Below, piece by piece: positions 61,871-64,000 of a DNA stretch of 64,000 nucleotides. The notes below the pieces were generated by a model. The model saw only the letters and a program-made list of their open reading frames with translations, was not told the origin of the DNA and made no database searches. The DNA comes from Candidatus Deferrimicrobiaceae bacterium (GTDB lineage: Bacteria; Desulfobacterota; Deferrimicrobia; Deferrimicrobiales; Deferrimicrobiaceae), in NCBI GenBank assembly GCA_963792415.1, contig CAWBVY010000006.1, positions 512,001-576,000 of the forward strand, written 5' to 3'. Both the position numbers and the translations under genes were made by a program. Each line of letters opens with the position of its first letter. The first letter of the stretch is position 1.

Positions 61871-62768
61871 CTACCCGATGTCCTTGCCGGTGAGGATCAC
61901 AAGCGCCTCGCGGTATTTCAGGGCGGTCTTTTCCACCACGTCCGCCGGAAGGCGCGGCCCCGGCGCCGTCTTGTTCCACGGCAGCGTCAGCAGGTAGTCG
62001 CGGACGAACTGCTTGTCGAAGCTCTTCTGCGGACCCCCGGGCTGCGTAGTCGGCGACGGGCCAGAACCGGGAGGAGTCGGGGGTGAGCGCCTCGTCGATC
62101 AGGATCAGGTCCCCGTCGACGGTCCCCAGCTCGAACTTCGTGTCGGCGATGATGATCCCCTTTCCGAGGGCATACGCGGCCGCCTTGTCGTAGAGGGCGA
62201 CGGCGATCGAGCTCACCTTCTCCGCGGTCTCCATGCCGACGATCGCGACCATCCGCTCGAAGGAGATATTCTCGTCGTGCTTCCCCTTCTCCTCCTTCGT
62301 GGCGGGGGTGAAGATCGGCTCGGGAAGGCGGTCCGATTCGCGCAGCCCTTTCGGCAGCCGGATGCCGCACACCTCGCCCTTCTCCCTGTATTCCGACCAT
62401 CCGGAGCCGGAGAGGTACCCGCGGACGACGCACTCCACGGGGAACGGCTTCGCCTTCCGGCACAGCATCGCTCGGCCGCGCAACGTTTCCGCGTGGGCAC
62501 GGGCCTCCGGCGGGAACGCGTCGACGTCGATGGAGATCATGTGGTTGGGGATGATGTCTTCGAGCATGTCGAACCAGAACGCGGAGATCTGGGTCAGCAC
62601 CTTCCCCTTCCCCGGGATCCCGTCCGGCATCACCACGTCGAACGCGGAGAGCCGGTCGGAGGCCACCAGGAGCAGTTTCCCGTCCACCTCGTAGATGTCG
62701 CGGACCTTTCCGCGGCCCAGCAGTTTCAAACCGGAAAGAGACGTCTCGACCACCGTGGCCTGGCTCAC
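61871..62768 (-). CDS. purC: SAICAR synthetase, apparent +1 frameshift near 62045
   Basis: [35 protein letters not shown], then SFDKQFVRD in a shifted frame. Confidence 0.93.
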
Positions 62769-63051
62769 GTTGCGGACCTCCGAAAATATCGTTGAAAGAA
62801 TTTTCATACTATAACAGAAACGGCCCCGGAATCGCCGGATCAGTCGACGGGGGAGGTGCACAAATATCCAGATACACAGAAGGCGACTGCTCATATCGGT
62901 GTTAGATACATCTTGATCATCTCGTTGGAATACTTGAGAATGGTTCGAGCATATCCCGATGAACGAATTCCGAAAGGTTATTCGCAGGTACCGGGGAGAA
63001 CACAAGGTCCGATAATTCTCTTGCCTCGATCAATATCTCGGCGAAGACATA

Positions 63052-64000
63052 TCATCGGACCCCGCTCTCCGCGACGAGCAGGCGAAAGAGAAGGCCGGGT
63101 TCGCTCCCTCCAAACGCCGTGCTTCTGTATTGATTCCACAACCGCAAGGATTCCTCCCGTTTCCCCTGCGCGAGCGCCCCCAGCATCCCGGTCGCCAGAA
63201 GATACCTCCGCTCCATGGGAGGAACTTTCTGCACGTTTTCGAGCAATGCACGAGCCGACTCCAGCATCCGGGGAGCGTCCCGGTTGCCGACCGCCTTGAG
63301 CAGACCGTGCCAGATCCGCTCCCGGTGCGAAAACAACGTCGCGCACTTCCCGGAATCGAGGGTTTTCCAGAACGGATCCAGTTCCGAAGGCGCCAGGTAG
63401 GGAGTCATGGCGACGGACAGGCTGAATACGATTCCGGCCCGCTCGTCCTCGCCGGAAAGGGATTTCCCGGCACAGATCTGCTTCATCAGGACCGCTTTTT
63501 TCCTCAGTTCGTCCGGCACCCCCAGAACACTCTCGTCCCCGGAGAAGAAGTACTCCCGCAGCCCCATGGCGATGAAGGAATTCTGCGACTTTTCATATTC
63601 CACGGATGGGGTGATATCCGTGTACGTCCTTCCCGGAGCGGAATGTTCGAGGATTTCCATGGCCGGAATCGGGATATGGGAAAGATTCATCAATACTTGC
63701 GCCGAAGCACCAAGGAACCGGGCCCGTGCCGCGTTCTGGTCGAGAACGGGGTGGTAATCCGAATTGGCACGAATGGGGAACGATTCCAGGAACCCGGCAA
63801 GATATCTCTTCGTTCCGATCCTTCGAATCGTGATGTCCTGGTCCCTGAAGACGTGAATCCGGCGCAAGGCCGCAGCGATTTCCGGAACGTTTCGAACCGT
63901 GTAATCCGGGTAATCCGGCGGGGGAAGCGGACCGTTCTTGCCTGCGACGATAATCACGTCCCCGCTGTTTGCCGCATAGATCGCAAAGTCGGAGAAATTG
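63052..64000 (-). CDS. C-terminal part of a large protein, possibly spermidine-synthase-like (partial)
   Basis: Frame is open to the window edge; FAIYAANSGDVIIVA and ANSDYHPVLD motifs. Confidence 0.55.
   Translation of the reverse strand, partial: NFSDFAIYAANSGDVIIVAGKNGPLPPPDYPDYTVRNVPEIAAALRRIHVFRDQDITIRRIGTKRYLAGFLESFPIRANSDYHPVLDQNAARARFLGASAQVLMNLSHIPIPAMEILEHSAPGRTYTDITPSVEYEKSQNSFIAMGLREYFFSGDESVLGVPDELRKKAVLMKQICAGKSLSGEDERAGIVFSLSVAMTPYLAPSELDPFWKTLDSGKCATLFSHRERIWHGLLKAVGNRDAPRMLESARALLENVQKVPPMERRYLLATGMLGALAQGKREESLRLWNQYRSTAFGGSEPGLLFRLLVAESGVR

Overview
GC-rich bacterial chromosome segment with the gene content of an anaerobic Desulfobacterota/deltaproteobacterium (a Deferrimicrobium-like affinity is my inference). 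In order it contains: a PqqD/DUF362/polyferredoxin operon; a ~20 kb surface-glycan cluster (Wzm/Wzt, GT2/GT4, AsnB, three methyltransferases, nucleotide-sugar enzymes, Gmd); and an electron-transfer and cytochrome-maturation run (membrane-anchored GltD-like fusion, tetraheme cytochrome c3, ResB, CcsB, a 46-aa UxxC microprotein, a membrane ferredoxin). Next come a microprotein-rich islet downstream of tRNA-Lys/tRNA-Glu; purA, serA and serC; a tetraheme cytochrome; a sigma54 two-component system; glgP; a decayed multi-layer island array at tRNA-Ala(GGC); and metW, a Nudix hydrolase, a two-subunit pyruvate carboxylase and purC. The top finding is an ORF missing from the supplied track (26796..26936, minus). 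It has an in-frame TGA in a U-x-x-C motif and a well-placed bacterial SECIS-like hairpin, making it a probable selenoprotein, and it sits between ccsB and a membrane ferredoxin as a candidate selenium-based thiol-reduction module for System II cytochrome c maturation. Six single-base insertions in four conserved genes look like sequencing errors rather than biology.
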